A stretch of DNA of 64,000 bases from Pecten maximus (Eukaryota): NCBI RefSeq assembly GCF_902652985.1, contig NC_047025.1:26412001-26476000 (forward strand), written 5' to 3'. Positions within the stretch are counted from its first letter, which is position 1. Each line of letters opens with the position of its first letter. The notes under the pieces were generated by a model. The model did not search any database. It saw nothing but the letters and a program-made list of their open reading frames with translations, and was not told the DNA's origin. Both the position numbers and the translations under genes were made by a program. Shown here piece by piece: positions 62,689 through 64,000 of this stretch.

Positions 62689-64000
62689 AATCATAGAGAT
62701 CCACCTCCTCTCGAAAATGATTCAGTCACATAATAACTGGAAAATAGTAACTAAATCGTGAAAAACAATCTTCTCGGAGATTTGAAAAATATTGCTGCAC
62801 ATATCGGAATATTATAATATTTAGTAATATTTCTGTTTCGAAAATCGGATGATGTCCTTGTTTTTATTTGTGATTATGTATCCAGCTCAGTTTCAATAAA
62901 ACGTGTATGTTTGTCGCATTAAAAGTGATATTTCTGTACAAGTGTACTAGATTTTTTACTGGAGCTATATCGATTGACTCTCAAGGGCTCTATATCAATT
63001 GTTCATCTAAAGTCCATCGGAATGGAATGATATTTAATGATATTTTAGCATTTTAGTGTTGTCTGGGCAAAGAATTTTAGCTCATATTTTCAGCTAGAAG
63101 ACAAAACATGTTAGCTAATTTTAAGTTTGATAGAAATTACTGACACAAGTTTGATAGAAATTAATGACACTACCAATATGATATTAAAGAGTGTGACGTT
63201 TCCATGACTACACTGTCACCTTCATCAAACTAATGCCCAATGTGAAGCATACGGGCACTGTCTTATGTAGTGTCCGAGATGGTAAAAGATTCTATCTACT
63301 CTGAAGGAGGTTTCGTCTTCATCATGATCCTATTGACACCCAAGTTCGAATTAGTGTGACCAGATGGTAAAAATAAAATAGAATCAAACAAGTGTACGAG
63401 ATGGTATGATGTACTGTACTGTTAACTTCTATCATATTTACTTTACCAACCTGAAGAAAATGTTCCAGAATATGTAAATTAAGTTTTTTTCTTTTTTCTT
63501 TTCTTTTTACCTTATCACAAATGTTCCAATAAATGGATGTCGTGGTTGTGATCACATCATTCCACTGCTACTGGTCGCTCTTGTGTGTTAACACTATGGT
63601 ATAGTATGTGGTCTTCATTTCATGTTGAACTGTATACGACTCTGCGTTCCGGGATGGTAAGCGTCTTGTGTTCATCCTGGTAGCAATGAATGAAGTTATT
63701 GGTATCTAAATACTTTCCAATGTTTGAACAAATGCCGCCTGTGGCTTTAAATAGTCGAGGACAATTACAGGAATCTCCTAGAAATGTTTCCTATCATCAA
63801 CCTAAGTGCTTTAACTAGTACTATATATAGCCCTATCAACATTTGGTCCTAGCTAGAGCTCTATGTTGACCTTTGACCTAAACAGAACATTCACACCCAG
63901 GTCTATATAAAACACTCAAGTATCACCCCTCAGTTTCATAGTTAGCAAGCCTAATGTTTGTTTGATTTCTTTTCCCACATACACAGACCTTCTGATCTTT

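Overview
This is eukaryotic, AT-rich animal DNA with spliceosomal introns; a mollusc, probably a bivalve, is my inference from repeat style and gene content. In order, the window holds: (1) an intronless 1054-aa hydantoinase/oxoprolinase-DUF917 fusion gene (+); (2) a 6-coding-exon calmodulin-like EF-hand gene (-, 167 aa reconstructed); (3) a tandem cluster of four serine beta-lactamase-fold (LACT-2 / family VIII esterase-like) genes (+), of which copy A is a pseudogene and B, C and D are intact 8-exon genes; (4) a Tx1/L1-type LINE with an intact ORF2 ending ~230 bp upstream of copy C; plus SINE, MITE and LINE remnants and one assembly gap. The most striking unexplained pattern is that five intronic minisatellites are tandem amplifications of the host gene's own exon-end plus 5' splice donor. 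They sit at the calmodulin-like exon 4 donor, the lactamase exon 2 donor in copies A, C and D, and the exon 6 donor in copy D. Intact genes therefore carry 10-32 decoy donors right after the real one, and in copy A a ~6.5 kb array stands where exons 2-6 should be. Exon coordinates were read by hand and need RNA-seq confirmation.
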